32,000 nt of DNA from Pseudomonas aeruginosa. Lineage in GTDB: Bacteria > Pseudomonadota > Gammaproteobacteria > Pseudomonadales > Pseudomonadaceae. Numbering within the stretch: position 1 is the stretch's first letter; every line of letters starts with the position of its first letter. Positions 20,208 to 30,176 of the stretch are shown here, piece after piece. The DNA lies in contig NZ_LN831024.1 in the NCBI RefSeq assembly GCF_001457615.1, forward strand, positions 3,000,001 through 3,032,000, in the 5' to 3' direction. Made by a program: the position numbers and the translations under genes. Below the pieces are notes generated by a model, which was not told the DNA's origin, searched no databases, and saw only the letters and a list, made by a program, of their open reading frames with translations.

Positions 20208-21644
20208 TCAGGCCTCGGCCCCGCGCTCGAGCTGTCGCTTGAGCTTGCGATAACCCACCGCCCGCGGTTGCGGCTGGCGTTCCGGGAACAGCCGGCGGGC
20301 TTCCAGCAGGTTGATCCCGACCAGCAGCCAGAACAGGCCGATCATCACCACGGCGAAGCTGAAGTAGTGGTCGAACAGGCCGCTGACCAGCGCCGCCAGG
20401 ATGCCGCCCGTACTGCCCAGCCAGATCGCGTTGTCGCGGGTCAGGCGGATCGGGCCTTTCTCCGGACGGGCTTCGCGCCACCAGCGCCAGGTCACCGCGA
20501 TGAACAGCAGCATGCCGCCGAGGCCGACCTTGTACATGAAGTTCAGCCACAGGTTGGAGATGCCCAGGAGGTCGGTACCCGGCACCGGCGGGTCGACCTT
20601 GAAGCCGATTCCCAGCGGATAGCGGGCGACGGCCTTGGGGAACATCCGGTATTCGTCGAAGCGCACCTCGGTACTGGCGTTCTGCGGCGAGAAGATGGTC
20701 GCCAGGCGTTCCTGCAACGGCGGGTAGCTGAGCACCAGGACCACCACCAGGCCGACCCCGAGCAACAGCAGGCGGCCGGTGTAGGGCACCTTGCGCAGGG
20801 ACATCCAGAACAGCACCACCGCCAGGCTGAGCATCGCCCCGCGGGAACTGGCGAGGAGGATCGCGGCGGCGCCGAGGACCGCCACGGCGAGGCCCAGGCC
20901 GCGCCGCCAGCCCTGGTTGGCGACCCCGTAGCAGAACGCCAGGGGCAGCAGCAGGGCCATGATCCCGCCGGTGGCGTTGGGGTGCATCCATGGCGAGCCC
21001 ATCCGCGAGGAAAGCGCCTCCAGGCCGAACTTGAGGGTGTCCAGGTTGGCGTAGTTGAACATCGCCAGGATCGGCGCCATCCCCGACGCCGAGCGGTAGC
21101 GGATGAACACCGCGATGGACATCAGCAGCATCGCCAGGGTGCCCAGCAGCAGGGCGATGACCAGGGTCTCGCGGTTCTTGCGCTCCACCAGCAGGCGTCC
21201 GGCGAGGAACACGATGGACAGGTTGAGCAGCCAGCGCAGCCAGTTCGACAGGCCGCTGGCCTCGGCCTTGATGCTGACCTGGCCGACCACGAACGGCAGC
21301 ACGGTGAACAGCATCAGCCACAGCAGCATGCGCTCGGTGGAGCGGTAGCGCAGCGCCGGCGCCGGCGGCAGGCGCGAGAGGAAGATGTGCCAGAGCACCG
21401 CGCCCCAGGTCAGGGCGAGGATCGCTTCGCTGACCGTCGAACGGATCCCCACGTTGACCGTGGAGTAGGGCATGAAGGTCGCCACCAGGGCGAACAGCAG
21501 CAGCCCCCAGAACGGGAAGCGCAGGATGGTGACCGCGGCCGCCAGGCCGACCATGGCGGCGCCGGCCTTGGCCGGGCTGAGCATCAGCAGCGCTCCGCCG
21601 AAGGCCAGGCCGAAGACGACAGCGACGAGGTTTCCCAACGACAT
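20208..21644 (-). CDS. pslJ: PslJ, O-antigen-ligase/polymerase-like membrane protein (478 aa)
   Basis: MSLGNLVAVVFGLAFGGALLML...MGSPWMHPNATGGIMALLLPLAFCYG...; start inside ORF 20208..22580, 2 nt past the pslI stop. Confidence 0.9.
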   Translation of the reverse strand: MSLGNLVAVVFGLAFGGALLMLSPAKAGAAMVGLAAAVTILRFPFWGLLLFALVATFMPYSTVNVGIRSTVSEAILALTWGAVLWHIFLSRLPPAPALRYRSTERMLLWLMLFTVLPFVVGQVSIKAEASGLSNWLRWLLNLSIVFLAGRLLVERKNRETLVIALLLGTLAMLLMSIAVFIRYRSASGMAPILAMFNYANLDTLKFGLEALSSRMGSPWMHPNATGGIMALLLPLAFCYGVANQGWRRGLGLAVAVLGAAAILLASSRGAMLSLAVVLFWMSLRKVPYTGRLLLLGVGLVVVLVLSYPPLQERLATIFSPQNASTEVRFDEYRMFPKAVARYPLGIGFKVDPPVPGTDLLGISNLWLNFMYKVGLGGMLLFIAVTWRWWREARPEKGPIRLTRDNAIWLGSTGGILAALVSGLFDHYFSFAVVMIGLFWLLVGINLLEARRLFPERQPQPRAVGYRKLKRQLERGAEA

Positions 21645-21646
21645 TC

Positions 21647-22750
21647 TCAACTCAGTTCCTCGATCAGTGCGGCCAGCCGTTGCCGGTAGGCTTCGCGGTT
21701 GAAGCGCGCGGCCCAGGCGATGAGTTCTTCCGCCGAGGCTTCGCGCGGCGCATCGGCCAGGCGCAGCATCAGGCGTTCCAGGGCGGCGCCGTCGCTGGGC
21801 GAGAAGCGCGGCGCCGACGGCGGGGTGACTTCGTCCAGCGAGGTGCCGCTGGCCACCGCCACCGGCGTGCCGACGCTCAGCGCCTCGACCACCGGCAGGC
21901 CGAAGCCTTCCGCGTAGGACGGTTGCCAGAGCCGCTCGGCCTGGCGGTACAGCGCGTGCAGTTCGGCGTCGTCGAGCCCGCCGAGCGCGTGCAGGCCGGG
22001 CAAGCCGCGTTGTTCCTCGGGCAGGTGGTCGAGGCTGCCGACCAGCACCAGCGGCGGCACGCCGGGCGCCTGGGCGCGTGCCCGGGCCCAGGCACTGACG
22101 AACCAGGGCACGTTCTTGCGCAGTTCGCGGGTACCCACCAGCAGCCAGTAGCGTGGCGGCAGGCCGCGTGCCGAGAGGTCGGCGGGTCCGCCGGCGAAGC
22201 CGTCGACCTGGTTGGGCAGCACCCGGACTTTCCCGGCGACCCCGGGAAACAGCCGCACAGCCTCGTCGGCGCTGTACTGCGAAGGGGTCCAGACACGGTC
22301 GGCGACACGCAGCGCATAGGCGATCGACAGGTAGTCGCTGACCCGATAGACCAGTGCCTTGAGGCGGTTGGCGTGGTAGTTCTTCAGGGTGATCTGGAAC
22401 AGGTCGTGGATCAGCAGCGCATAGCGCACGCCCGGCGGACGCGGCGGTAGCGGCAGGCCCATGTTGAAGGTGCTGATGTACAGGTCGATGTCCTGCTCGC
22501 GCAAGACGCGTGGGAGGAACCCGGCTTCGAAGCGCAGGCGCTGGTGCGGCTGGTGCATCGCGGTGCGCGGGCAGCCCCACGGCGGGCAGACCGCCCGCTG
22601 GCGCAGCGGGTCGTCGAGAGGGGCCACGGTGAAGCGGGTCACCTGCGTGCCGGGCAGGCTTTCCAGGGCCTGCTCCATGGCATAGACCTGGCGGCTGATG
22701 CCCGAGTGCGGCGAGCTGCCGACGGTGCGGTAGTCGAGTCCTATGCGCAT
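21647..22750 (-). CDS. pslI: PslI, GT4-family glycosyltransferase (367 aa)
   Basis: MRIGLDYRTVGSSPHSGISRQVYAMEQALE...YAEGFGLPVVEALSVGTPVAVA (GT4 E-x7-E). Confidence 0.93.
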   Translation of the reverse strand: MRIGLDYRTVGSSPHSGISRQVYAMEQALESLPGTQVTRFTVAPLDDPLRQRAVCPPWGCPRTAMHQPHQRLRFEAGFLPRVLREQDIDLYISTFNMGLPLPPRPPGVRYALLIHDLFQITLKNYHANRLKALVYRVSDYLSIAYALRVADRVWTPSQYSADEAVRLFPGVAGKVRVLPNQVDGFAGGPADLSARGLPPRYWLLVGTRELRKNVPWFVSAWARARAQAPGVPPLVLVGSLDHLPEEQRGLPGLHALGGLDDAELHALYRQAERLWQPSYAEGFGLPVVEALSVGTPVAVASGTSLDEVTPPSAPRFSPSDGAALERLMLRLADAPREASAEELIAWAARFNREAYRQRLAALIEELS

Positions 22751-23949
22751 GCCGGCGCTCCTTCGGCGAGGCCGGCGTAGACCTGTTCCAGTTGGCTGGC
22801 GGCGACGCTCCAGTCGTGCGCGCGACGTACGTAGGCGCGGCCGTTCTCGCCCAGCGCGCGGGCCTGCGCCGGGTCCTGCAACAGGCGCACCACGGCGTTG
22901 GCGAGCTGCTCGGCGGATTCGCCGCCGAGGTAGTCCTCGCCGTCCCGCAGTTCCAGGCCGGAAACGCCCTGCGCGGTACTCGCCAGCGGCAGCCCGGCGG
23001 CCAGGGCCTCGAGCACCTTCAGCTTCGAACCGCCGCCATGGCGCAGCGCGGCGAGGAACACCGAACTGCTCGATTGCAGTTGCAGCAGGTCGGGAACGAA
23101 GCCTTGCCATTCGATGCGCGGATCGCTCCAGCGTTGCGCCCACTCCGCCGGCAGCGCATAGCCGCAGACGCTCATGCGCGCCTCGGGGCAGTGTGCCCAG
23201 ACCCGCGGCAGGATCTCGTCGAGCATCCATTCCACGGCATCGACGTTCGGTGCGTATTCGTAGTTGCCGAGGAACAGCACGCGCTGCGCTTCGGGCGTCG
23301 GCCGGGCGGCGGCGAAGTGCTCGCAGTCGACCCCGTTGACCACCACTGGCACCGGGCGGCCGAGCATCGCGCCGAGCTGCCGCGCATCTTTCTCGGTCAC
23401 GGCGACGACCGCTGCCGCCTGGCTCATCACCCGGCGTTCCCAGCGGCGGTAACGCCACTGGTCGTAGCGCACGAAGGGCAGCGCCCAGCCCGGCAGGCGG
23501 TCGTAGGTGGCGGCACCGAGGGACGACTCGACGTTGTGCTCGGTGAGCACGAACGGCTGGCCGGCGTCGCGCAGCGGTCGCTCGTAGGGCTGGAAGCTAT
23601 AGCTGTGCTCGACCTGGACCACGTCCCAGGGCTCGCGCAGCAACTCCGTGGCGGTGCGTTGCAGCTCCGCCGACAGGCCGTTGACGCTGGCCAGCAGCGG
23701 GTAGGGCGCGAACAGCGCGGCGAGCAGCGTGGAGAGGCTGCGCAGCGGCCGGCGCGGCAGCACGACCAGGCGTTCGAGGAAGGGCTCCAGGGCCTGGCGG
23801 TCCTCGGCGCTCACCGGCTGCTTGCTGTGCAGCAGCACGGTGATCCGGTGGCCGCGTGCCGCGAGGCTGCGCAGCAGGTGGTACTGGCGGGTCTTGCCGC
23901 CGCTGGTGGTGGGCCAGGGCGAGTAGGGCAGGATCCAGAGAATACGCAT
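22741..23949 (-). CDS. pslH: PslH, GT4-family glycosyltransferase (402 aa)
   Basis: MRILWILPYSPWPTTSGGKTRQYHLLRSLAARGHRITVLL...; overlaps the pslI start. Confidence 0.93.
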   Translation of the reverse strand: MRILWILPYSPWPTTSGGKTRQYHLLRSLAARGHRITVLLHSKQPVSAEDRQALEPFLERLVVLPRRPLRSLSTLLAALFAPYPLLASVNGLSAELQRTATELLREPWDVVQVEHSYSFQPYERPLRDAGQPFVLTEHNVESSLGAATYDRLPGWALPFVRYDQWRYRRWERRVMSQAAAVVAVTEKDARQLGAMLGRPVPVVVNGVDCEHFAAARPTPEAQRVLFLGNYEYAPNVDAVEWMLDEILPRVWAHCPEARMSVCGYALPAEWAQRWSDPRIEWQGFVPDLLQLQSSSSVFLAALRHGGGSKLKVLEALAAGLPLASTAQGVSGLELRDGEDYLGGESAEQLANAVVRLLQDPAQARALGENGRAYVRRAHDWSVAASQLEQVYAGLAEGAPACA

Positions 23950-23957
23950 GGGTGGCT

Positions 23958-25285
23958 TCACTCCCAGACCAGCATCTGCAGGCTGGACTTCACCGGGACT
24001 TCCAGGCCGTCGCTGCCGCTCAAGGGCGTGACCTTGCCGCTGAGCGGATCGTGCAGGGTGGCCTCTTTGAGCTTCGGCAGGCGCACGTTGCCGCCGCGGG
24101 CCGACCAGAACAGCCAGACGTTGCGACCGTCCTCGCGGGTCCAGCCGATGCTGAAGGAACCGTCGGGCAGGTCCTCGGTGACCGGCGGGTCGGCCGGGCG
24201 CAGCTTCGGCCCGGTGACCTTGAGGAAGCGTTGCAGGGCCAGGTAGACCGGCTTGGGGTTGGCGTCCAGGTCGAGCAGGCCGTAGTCGCGGTCGCGCACG
24301 CTGGCGCGCTGGTCGAGATCGCTGAGGGTGAAGAGGAAGATCCGGTCGTAGTCCAGCGCACTCATCAGCGCCAGGCGGCGCAGCACGTAGTCGGCCTGGC
24401 CTTCGACGCCGATGATGTCCTGCAACTCCTTCGGCCCTTGTAGGCCGACCAGCCCCACTCGGTGCTCCAGATCGCCGGCACGCCGGCGTTGCGCAGGGCG
24501 CGGTTGATCTGGTTGGCGTGGGAGACGAAGTCCAGGTTCCACGGGTAGTTGCCTTCCGGCAACTGGGTATAGGGATGGTAGGTGGCGATGGTGCCGAGGC
24601 TCTCCACGCCCAGGTGGCCGAGGGCGTCGAACATGGTGCGGCCGTCGGGCATCTCGCTGAAGAAGGCCATGCCGGCGGAAACCACCGGCTTCTCCGGGTC
24701 GACCATGCGCAGGGCGATGGTGCTGGCCTGGAGCAGCTTGGCGTAGCCTTCCGGGTCGGCCTTGGGCCGCCAGAAGCCGATCAGGTTGGGCTCGTTCCAT
24801 ACCTGCCAGGCGGCCACGCTCGGGTAGCGCTGCGAGAGCATCGCCATGCGCCGGGCGAAGACTTCCGGGTCGCGCGGCGGATACTGGTCCTGGAAGGGCG
24901 AGTAGAACGGCGCGGTGGTGATGAAGCGGGCCGAGCCGACCAGGTAGAACACCGACTTCAGCTGGCGCGCCTCGAGATCCTTGACCAACTGGTCGAGGGA
25001 GGCCAGCTGGTACTGGTCCTCGGCGGTTTCCAGGCGGTCCCAGTGCAGGTCCAGGCGCACCCACTCCAGCCCCAGGTCCTGCAGGCGGTCGATCTGCTTG
25101 TTGTAACGCTCCGGGCTGAACCAGAGGAACTGCGCGTTGACCCCGAGGAAGTCTTTCCAGACCACCGCGCGAGGCGCCTTCAGTACCTGGATCTCGGCGT
25201 CGGCGGGACGCCCCCAGAACACCAGCAGCAGTACCACGGCGAGCAGCAGCGCGCTGCCGCCCAGATAGAGTCCCTTACGTGCCAT
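23958..25285 (-). pseudogene. pslG: PslG, GH39-family endoglycosidase; reading frame broken by an apparent 1-nt deletion near 24433-24437 in this sequence
   Basis: MARKGLYLGGSALLLAVVLLLVFWGRPADAE...AWQVWNEPNLIGFW...IWSTEWGWSAYKG then shifts to RRSCRTSS... and stops at 24365; the expected PKELQDIIGVEGQADYVLRRLALMSALDYDRIFLFTLSD...SLQMLVWE continues in another frame to 23958. Span is 1328 nt; 1329 nt would encode 442 aa. Confidence 0.93.
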
Positions 25286-26462
25286 GAACGGTTCCCACCA
25301 TGTCGTTGAACAGTGCCTGGAAGCGCAGCGCGGTGCGCGGCCAGGTCCGCGCATGGCCGATCGCTCCGGCGCGCTCGGCCCAGGCCTGTGCCAGGCGGGG
25401 TTCGCGAGCGAGGTTCAACAACTGTTCGGAGAGGGCTGCCACGTCTCCCTGAGGGTAGATGGCGCCGTTGCCGCTGGCGACTTCCTCGGCGAAGGCGCGA
25501 GCGTCCGAGGTGATCGCGCCGCGCCCGCAGGCTGCCGCCCAGGACAGGGCGCCGCTGGTGCCGCGCTGCTGGCCGAGCAGACCGAGTTTCTTCGACTCGC
25601 GGTACGGCAGGACCATCACGTGGTGGGCCTGGATGGTACGCGGGATGTCCGCGGCGGCCAGGTTCAGGTTCCAGTCGATGGCGTCGGCCAGGCCAAGCTC
25701 GGCGATCTGTGCCTTCAACTGGTCGAGGTAGTTGCCGCCGGCGCCGAAGGCCATTTCCGCGGCGGTGCCGCCGGCCAGGGTCAGGCGCACGCGCTGGCGC
25801 ATCTCCGGCGCGCTGGCGAACAGGTCGGCGAGGGCCTCGAGCAGGTCCTCGATGCCTTTGCCGCGATAGATGAATCCGAAGTACAGCAGGCGCAGGGTGT
25901 CCAGCGACGGCAGCGGCACCGTGGCGATCTCCAGGTTGCCGTGGTTGATCACCTCGACCCGCCCGGGCGGCAGGCGCATCCGCCGGGCCAGGCACTCGCC
26001 GCCCAGGCCGGTGAGGGTCACCAGGCGCGTCAGGCCCTGGGCCACGGCACGCTCTTCGCGCAGGGTCAGCGGGTCGGCGAGCACCACGGCGGCCTGGGGC
26101 AGGGGAGAGGGCAGGCGTTCCAGCAGGTTCAGCGGCCAGGGCAGGCGCTCGCGGCGCCAGACCATGCGCTCCGGATCGTGCACCGTGGCGCTCAGCGGCA
26201 GGCGCGGGAAACGCTTGCGCAGCTCGCGCAGGGCGATGAACTCACCCAGGCGGCCGCCGCCGAGTTCGGCATGGACCAGGTCGAAGGCGTTCCAGTCGAC
26301 GCTGTCCAGCCGGCTGGCGATATTCGCGCTGTCGGCCGCCACGCCGGCGAGCGGCGTGGCTACTTCGATGCCGAGACCCTGCAGGGCGTTGCGGAAATGA
26401 CTGGCGTAGTCGGCGATGCCATTCTTTTCCGGCGGCAGGGGCGCGAGGAGGGCGATCCGCAT
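25275..26462 (-). CDS. pslF: PslF, GT4-family glycosyltransferase (395 aa)
   Basis: MRIALLAPLPPEKNGIADYASHFRNALQGLGIEVATPLAG...; ATG overlaps the pslE stop (TGATG); ORF track over-extends the start to 26948. Confidence 0.93.
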   Translation of the reverse strand: MRIALLAPLPPEKNGIADYASHFRNALQGLGIEVATPLAGVAADSANIASRLDSVDWNAFDLVHAELGGGRLGEFIALRELRKRFPRLPLSATVHDPERMVWRRERLPWPLNLLERLPSPLPQAAVVLADPLTLREERAVAQGLTRLVTLTGLGGECLARRMRLPPGRVEVINHGNLEIATVPLPSLDTLRLLYFGFIYRGKGIEDLLEALADLFASAPEMRQRVRLTLAGGTAAEMAFGAGGNYLDQLKAQIAELGLADAIDWNLNLAAADIPRTIQAHHVMVLPYRESKKLGLLGQQRGTSGALSWAAACGRGAITSDARAFAEEVASGNGAIYPQGDVAALSEQLLNLAREPRLAQAWAERAGAIGHARTWPRTALRFQALFNDMVGTVHGT

Positions 26463-28450
26463 CAGAACGCGCTCCGGTAGCGGGCGATGGTCTGCAAGAC
26501 CTTGCTCGGCACCTCGAAGCGGCGCCGGTTGATGATGATCCCGTCGACCTTGCCGAACGCCGTGGTGAGGATGGTCAGCGCATGCTCGACCACCGGCACG
26601 GTGCTCTTCTGCGCCTCTACCACCAGGGCGATCAGGTCGGCGCGGCGCAGGGCGATGAAGGCCTCGCGGCTGTCCAGCAGGGCCGGCGCGTCGAGCAATA
26701 CCACTTCGCCCGGCTGGGCCGGCTCGCCGCCGACCCGCACGCGCACGCCGTTTTCCTCCAGCAGACGGCGCAGTTGCTCGATGATGAAAGTCACACCTTC
26801 GCCGTGGCGCGCCGAGGTCAGGCCCAGGGTCAGGCCCTTTTCCTCGATGCGTGCGTAGGGCAGCAGCCCGTACAGCCGGTAGATGCTGGCGGTGAAGGCG
26901 TTGCTGCTCTCCGCGGTGCTGTTGCTCAGCTCCGGCAGGGTGGTCCACAGCGGCAGGCCGAATTTCTCCTCGACCAGGCCGCCGTCGTGGATGCGCTGGT
27001 CGAGCAGGTAGCAGAGATAGACCACCAGCAGGCCGACGGCGAGGCCGAAGGGCACGGCGAGGAACAGCATCAGCAGGGTTTTCGGGAAGATCCGCCCGGG
27101 GTTGTAGGTGGCTTCCTCGATCACCGAGATGTTGCTGATCTGGCTCTTGTCCAGTTCACGGTCGATCCGCGATTTCTCCAGGCTGTCGACGTACAGCGCG
27201 TAGTTGCGCTCGGTGGCGTTCAGCTCGCGCTGCAGGCGCGCCAGGGTCGGCTCGATGTCCAGCGCTTCGCGCCGTTGCGCCTCGAGTTCGGCGAGCTGCT
27301 TTTCCTGCTCCGCGAGCTGGGTGCGCAGGGCCGCGTTGTTGCTGGTCTCGTCCAGCAGGACCCGTTCCAGGTGAGTGGTCAGGGTGTTCGGCGCGCGGTC
27401 CTCGGAACTCTGCACGGTGGCGCCTTCGTCCTGGACTTCCTTCTCCAGGGCACGGATCGAGGCGTCCAGGGCCTTCACCGGCGGCGCATCGTCGGTGTAG
27501 GTGCGCATCATGTCGGCGCGTTCCAGGCGCTTCTGGTTGAGCAGCCGGCGCAGGTCCTGCTGCGCCGGGTTCAGCGCGATCTGCCGCACCGTGACGATCT
27601 CCCTGGGCAGCCCCTTGAGTTGCTGGCGGGTGGATTCCAGGGCGCTGTCGGAGGAGGCGATCAGGCGGATCGAGTTGAAACGCTCGCCGCGCAGCACGTT
27701 GATCCGCTCGGACAGGTCCTGCAGGCGGTCCTCGATGCTGGATGCGCCGATCTCGTTGAGGTGCTTGAGGATCTGCGCCTTGTAGCTCTTGATCTGCGCC
27801 GCGCTGTCGGCAGTCTGCGCCTCGTAGAAGGCGTACAGGCTCTTGCGGCCGAGCGCCTGGGTGCGCTCTTCCATGTAGATCTCGATCCAGGCCTTGACCA
27901 CTTCCTGGGCGACTTCCGGCTCGCTCCAGGTGAAGCTGATCTCCATCACCGTCGAGCCGGCCGCATGGGTGACCTCGAATTTCTTCTCGAGGTCCTTGGC
28001 CAGGCGCTCGACCGCGGTGGTTTCCTCGATCACGCCGAAGGTTTCCAGGGTCACGCGAATCCCGTCGAACACCGCGCCGATGGCCTTCTTCACATAGAAC
28101 TTGGTGCGCTTCCACAGGCCCTCCGGCGGCGGCCGGTTGGCCAGCACCTCGAGGTAGCGCTCGGCCACCTGGCGGACGATCGGTCGGCCGGTGAGCAGGC
28201 GTTCTTCGTCGACGATAGGGTCGCGCTGGGTGCTCGGCATCACCAGCGCCTGGCGGTTGCTGATCTCGATCGGCAGGGTCGAGTCACGGCCCGGCTTGAC
28301 CAGCAGGCGTGCGTTGGACTCGTACTTGGCCGGCAGCAGGAAGGCGCCGAGGACGATGATCACCACCGCGCTGAGGGCCGCCAGCTTGAACTCGCGCTGG
28401 TAGATGAACAGCAGGCGCAACAGATCACGCAAGGAACGAATTTCTATCAT
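26462..28450 (-). CDS. pslE: PslE, Wzz/PCP-type chain-length/export co-polymerase with cytoplasmic kinase-like domain (662 aa)
   Basis: MIEIRSLRDLLRLLFIYQREFKLAALSAVVIIVLGAFLLPAKYESNARLLVKPG...; coiled-coil region, second TM near LFLAVPFGLAVGLLVVYLCYLL, degenerate ATPase domain. Confidence 0.93.
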   Translation of the reverse strand: MIEIRSLRDLLRLLFIYQREFKLAALSAVVIIVLGAFLLPAKYESNARLLVKPGRDSTLPIEISNRQALVMPSTQRDPIVDEERLLTGRPIVRQVAERYLEVLANRPPPEGLWKRTKFYVKKAIGAVFDGIRVTLETFGVIEETTAVERLAKDLEKKFEVTHAAGSTVMEISFTWSEPEVAQEVVKAWIEIYMEERTQALGRKSLYAFYEAQTADSAAQIKSYKAQILKHLNEIGASSIEDRLQDLSERINVLRGERFNSIRLIASSDSALESTRQQLKGLPREIVTVRQIALNPAQQDLRRLLNQKRLERADMMRTYTDDAPPVKALDASIRALEKEVQDEGATVQSSEDRAPNTLTTHLERVLLDETSNNAALRTQLAEQEKQLAELEAQRREALDIEPTLARLQRELNATERNYALYVDSLEKSRIDRELDKSQISNISVIEEATYNPGRIFPKTLLMLFLAVPFGLAVGLLVVYLCYLLDQRIHDGGLVEEKFGLPLWTTLPELSNSTAESSNAFTASIYRLYGLLPYARIEEKGLTLGLTSARHGEGVTFIIEQLRRLLEENGVRVRVGGEPAQPGEVVLLDAPALLDSREAFIALRRADLIALVVEAQKSTVPVVEHALTILTTAFGKVDGIIINRRRFEVPSKVLQTIARYRSAF

Positions 28451-28464
28451 GGCGATGTCGCTCC

Positions 28465-29235
28465 TCAGCGATCGTTGTTGACGGTGTAGCTGACGCCGAC
28501 GCCGATGGACTTGGCGAAGGGCAGCAACTGGTTCAGGTAGACGTCGACGCCCTCGATACGGTCGCCGACCATCGACTTGGGCACGAAGACGATGTCGCCA
28601 CGCTGCATGGCCAGGGGCTTGCGGCCTTCCGGCCCGATCTTCATCAACTGGCTGAAGTCGAGGAAGTAGGCGTGGTAGCGGCCTTCCGAGTCCTCGCGCA
28701 TGAGCGCCACGCGGCGGGCGTCGCCCACCGGCAGGATGCCGCCGGCGCCGAGGATCGCCTGCTCCATGTTGTTGGCGGCGGGGATCGGCACGGCCGACGG
28801 GTTGCGCACCGCGCCGCCGACGAACACCGTATTGCCCGGCGCCTGGTTGATGTTCACCGTGACCCGCGGCTCGCGGTAGATCGGCGCGAGCTTGGTGGTC
28901 AGCTCGTTGGCGATTTCCTGCGGCGTGCGGTGCGCGGCCTGGATGCGACCGATGAACGGATAGTAGATGCTGCCGTCGTTGAGCACGGTGTACAGCGTCA
29001 GTTCATAGATGGTGGCGACGTTGAACGCCGAGAGGGTCGGCATCTCCCCGGCATCGCGGACGATCCGCAGGGTGTCCCCGACGCGCACCCGCTCCATCGC
29101 CGGCGGTAGCCTGGCGAGTTCTTCCAGGGCACGCTTGCCGCTGTCCACGGTGTCGCTGTCCGGTGCGGGAATCCGTGCGGGGGTGTTGCATGCGGCCAGG
29201 GCGAGCATGGCGAGCATGAGGAGGGTGCGTTTCAT
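28465..29235 (-). CDS. pslD: PslD, Wza-type outer-membrane polysaccharide export lipoprotein (256 aa)
   Basis: MKRTLLMLAMLALAACNTPARIPAPDSD lipobox LAAC; DTLRIVRDAGEMPTLSAFNVATIYELTLYTVLNDGSIYYPFIGRI. Confidence 0.93.
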   Translation of the reverse strand: MKRTLLMLAMLALAACNTPARIPAPDSDTVDSGKRALEELARLPPAMERVRVGDTLRIVRDAGEMPTLSAFNVATIYELTLYTVLNDGSIYYPFIGRIQAAHRTPQEIANELTTKLAPIYREPRVTVNINQAPGNTVFVGGAVRNPSAVPIPAANNMEQAILGAGGILPVGDARRVALMREDSEGRYHAYFLDFSQLMKIGPEGRKPLAMQRGDIVFVPKSMVGDRIEGVDVYLNQLLPFAKSIGVGVSYTVNNDR

Positions 29236-29264
29236 GAGGGAGCACTTCCTGTAGGTCATGATGT

Positions 29265-30176
29265 TCACTTCCAGTAGCCTGGAAACATGCTGATGCGGCG
29301 CTTGAGGGCGACCGGCAGGTGGCGTTCCAGCTGGCCAAGGCGGTAGCCGAGCAGCTTGAACGCGCTACGCAGCGCTATTTCAGGTACGCGATACAGGGCA
29401 CCGGCGGCACGCAAGGCCTGTATCTCGGCGAGGACATAGCGCTTGCCCTCGCCACCCGCGCCGCCGAAGGCGGCACGTATCCAACGCTCGCGGCCGTAGA
29501 ACACGCCGATGTCGAAATAGCGGCGGAACTCTTCCAGCAAGCGGTAATCGTGGGAATGGTAGACCTCGGCGCTGGCCGCGTAGCGCACCGCGTAGCCGGC
29601 CTGCAGCAGGCGCGCGGCGACGTAGGCGTCCTCGCTGCCGATGACGTCTTCGGGGAAGCCGCCGACGGCCGCCAGGGCGTCGCTGCGGTAGGCGGAGAAC
29701 GAGTCGGAACTGAAGCAGGTCTTGATCCCCAGTTCCGAGGCGTCGGCCAGGCGCTTGCTGCGGCTTTCCGGCGGGTAGTTGAAGCGCCGCGCCTGGGCGC
29801 CGAGCAGGCCGGCGCCGGGGTGCGGCAACTGGCGGCCGTAGGCCACGCCGATGTCGGCCTCGGCATAGAGTTCGTCGAGCAGGTTGGCGAAACTGTCGGG
29901 CGAGGCGGGAATGGCGTCCTGGGTCAGGTAGATCAGCGCGTCGGCCTCGACCTGCTGGCTGGCCCAGCGCCGCGTCCCGCCGTGGTTGAAGCTGGCCGGC
30001 TCGATGACCTCGACCCGCGCGCCGAAGGCGCGGAAGCGCTCCACCGTGTCGTCGCTGGAGCGGCTGTCCACCACCAGGATGCTGTCCGGCTGCCGCCGTT
30101 GCGCGGCCAGGGCCGGCAGCAGCCGGTCCAGGTGCGCGCCGGCGTTGCGCGTGGGAATGACCAGGGCGCAGCGCAT
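29265..30176 (-). CDS. pslC: PslC, GT2-family glycosyltransferase (303 aa)
   Basis: MRCALVIPTRNAGAHLDRLLPALAAQRRQPDSILVVDSRSSDDTVE...; start overlaps the pslB stop. Confidence 0.93.
   Translation of the reverse strand: MRCALVIPTRNAGAHLDRLLPALAAQRRQPDSILVVDSRSSDDTVERFRAFGARVEVIEPASFNHGGTRRWASQQVEADALIYLTQDAIPASPDSFANLLDELYAEADIGVAYGRQLPHPGAGLLGAQARRFNYPPESRSKRLADASELGIKTCFSSDSFSAYRSDALAAVGGFPEDVIGSEDAYVAARLLQAGYAVRYAASAEVYHSHDYRLLEEFRRYFDIGVFYGRERWIRAAFGGAGGEGKRYVLAEIQALRAAGALYRVPEIALRSAFKLLGYRLGQLERHLPVALKRRISMFPGYWK

Noticed and set aside
19728-21689. 653-aa + strand ORF (and 26582..28489, 635 aa)
   Set aside because: Antisense to clear membrane/PCP proteins (PslK/PslJ, PslE); no domain, no SD, GC-driven.
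24365-25354. Treating the 329-aa ORF as a genuine short PslG variant or a programmed ribosomal frameshift
   Set aside because: No slippery heptamer or stimulatory structure is evident; a single missing base restores the 442-aa frame, so deletion or sequence error is simpler.
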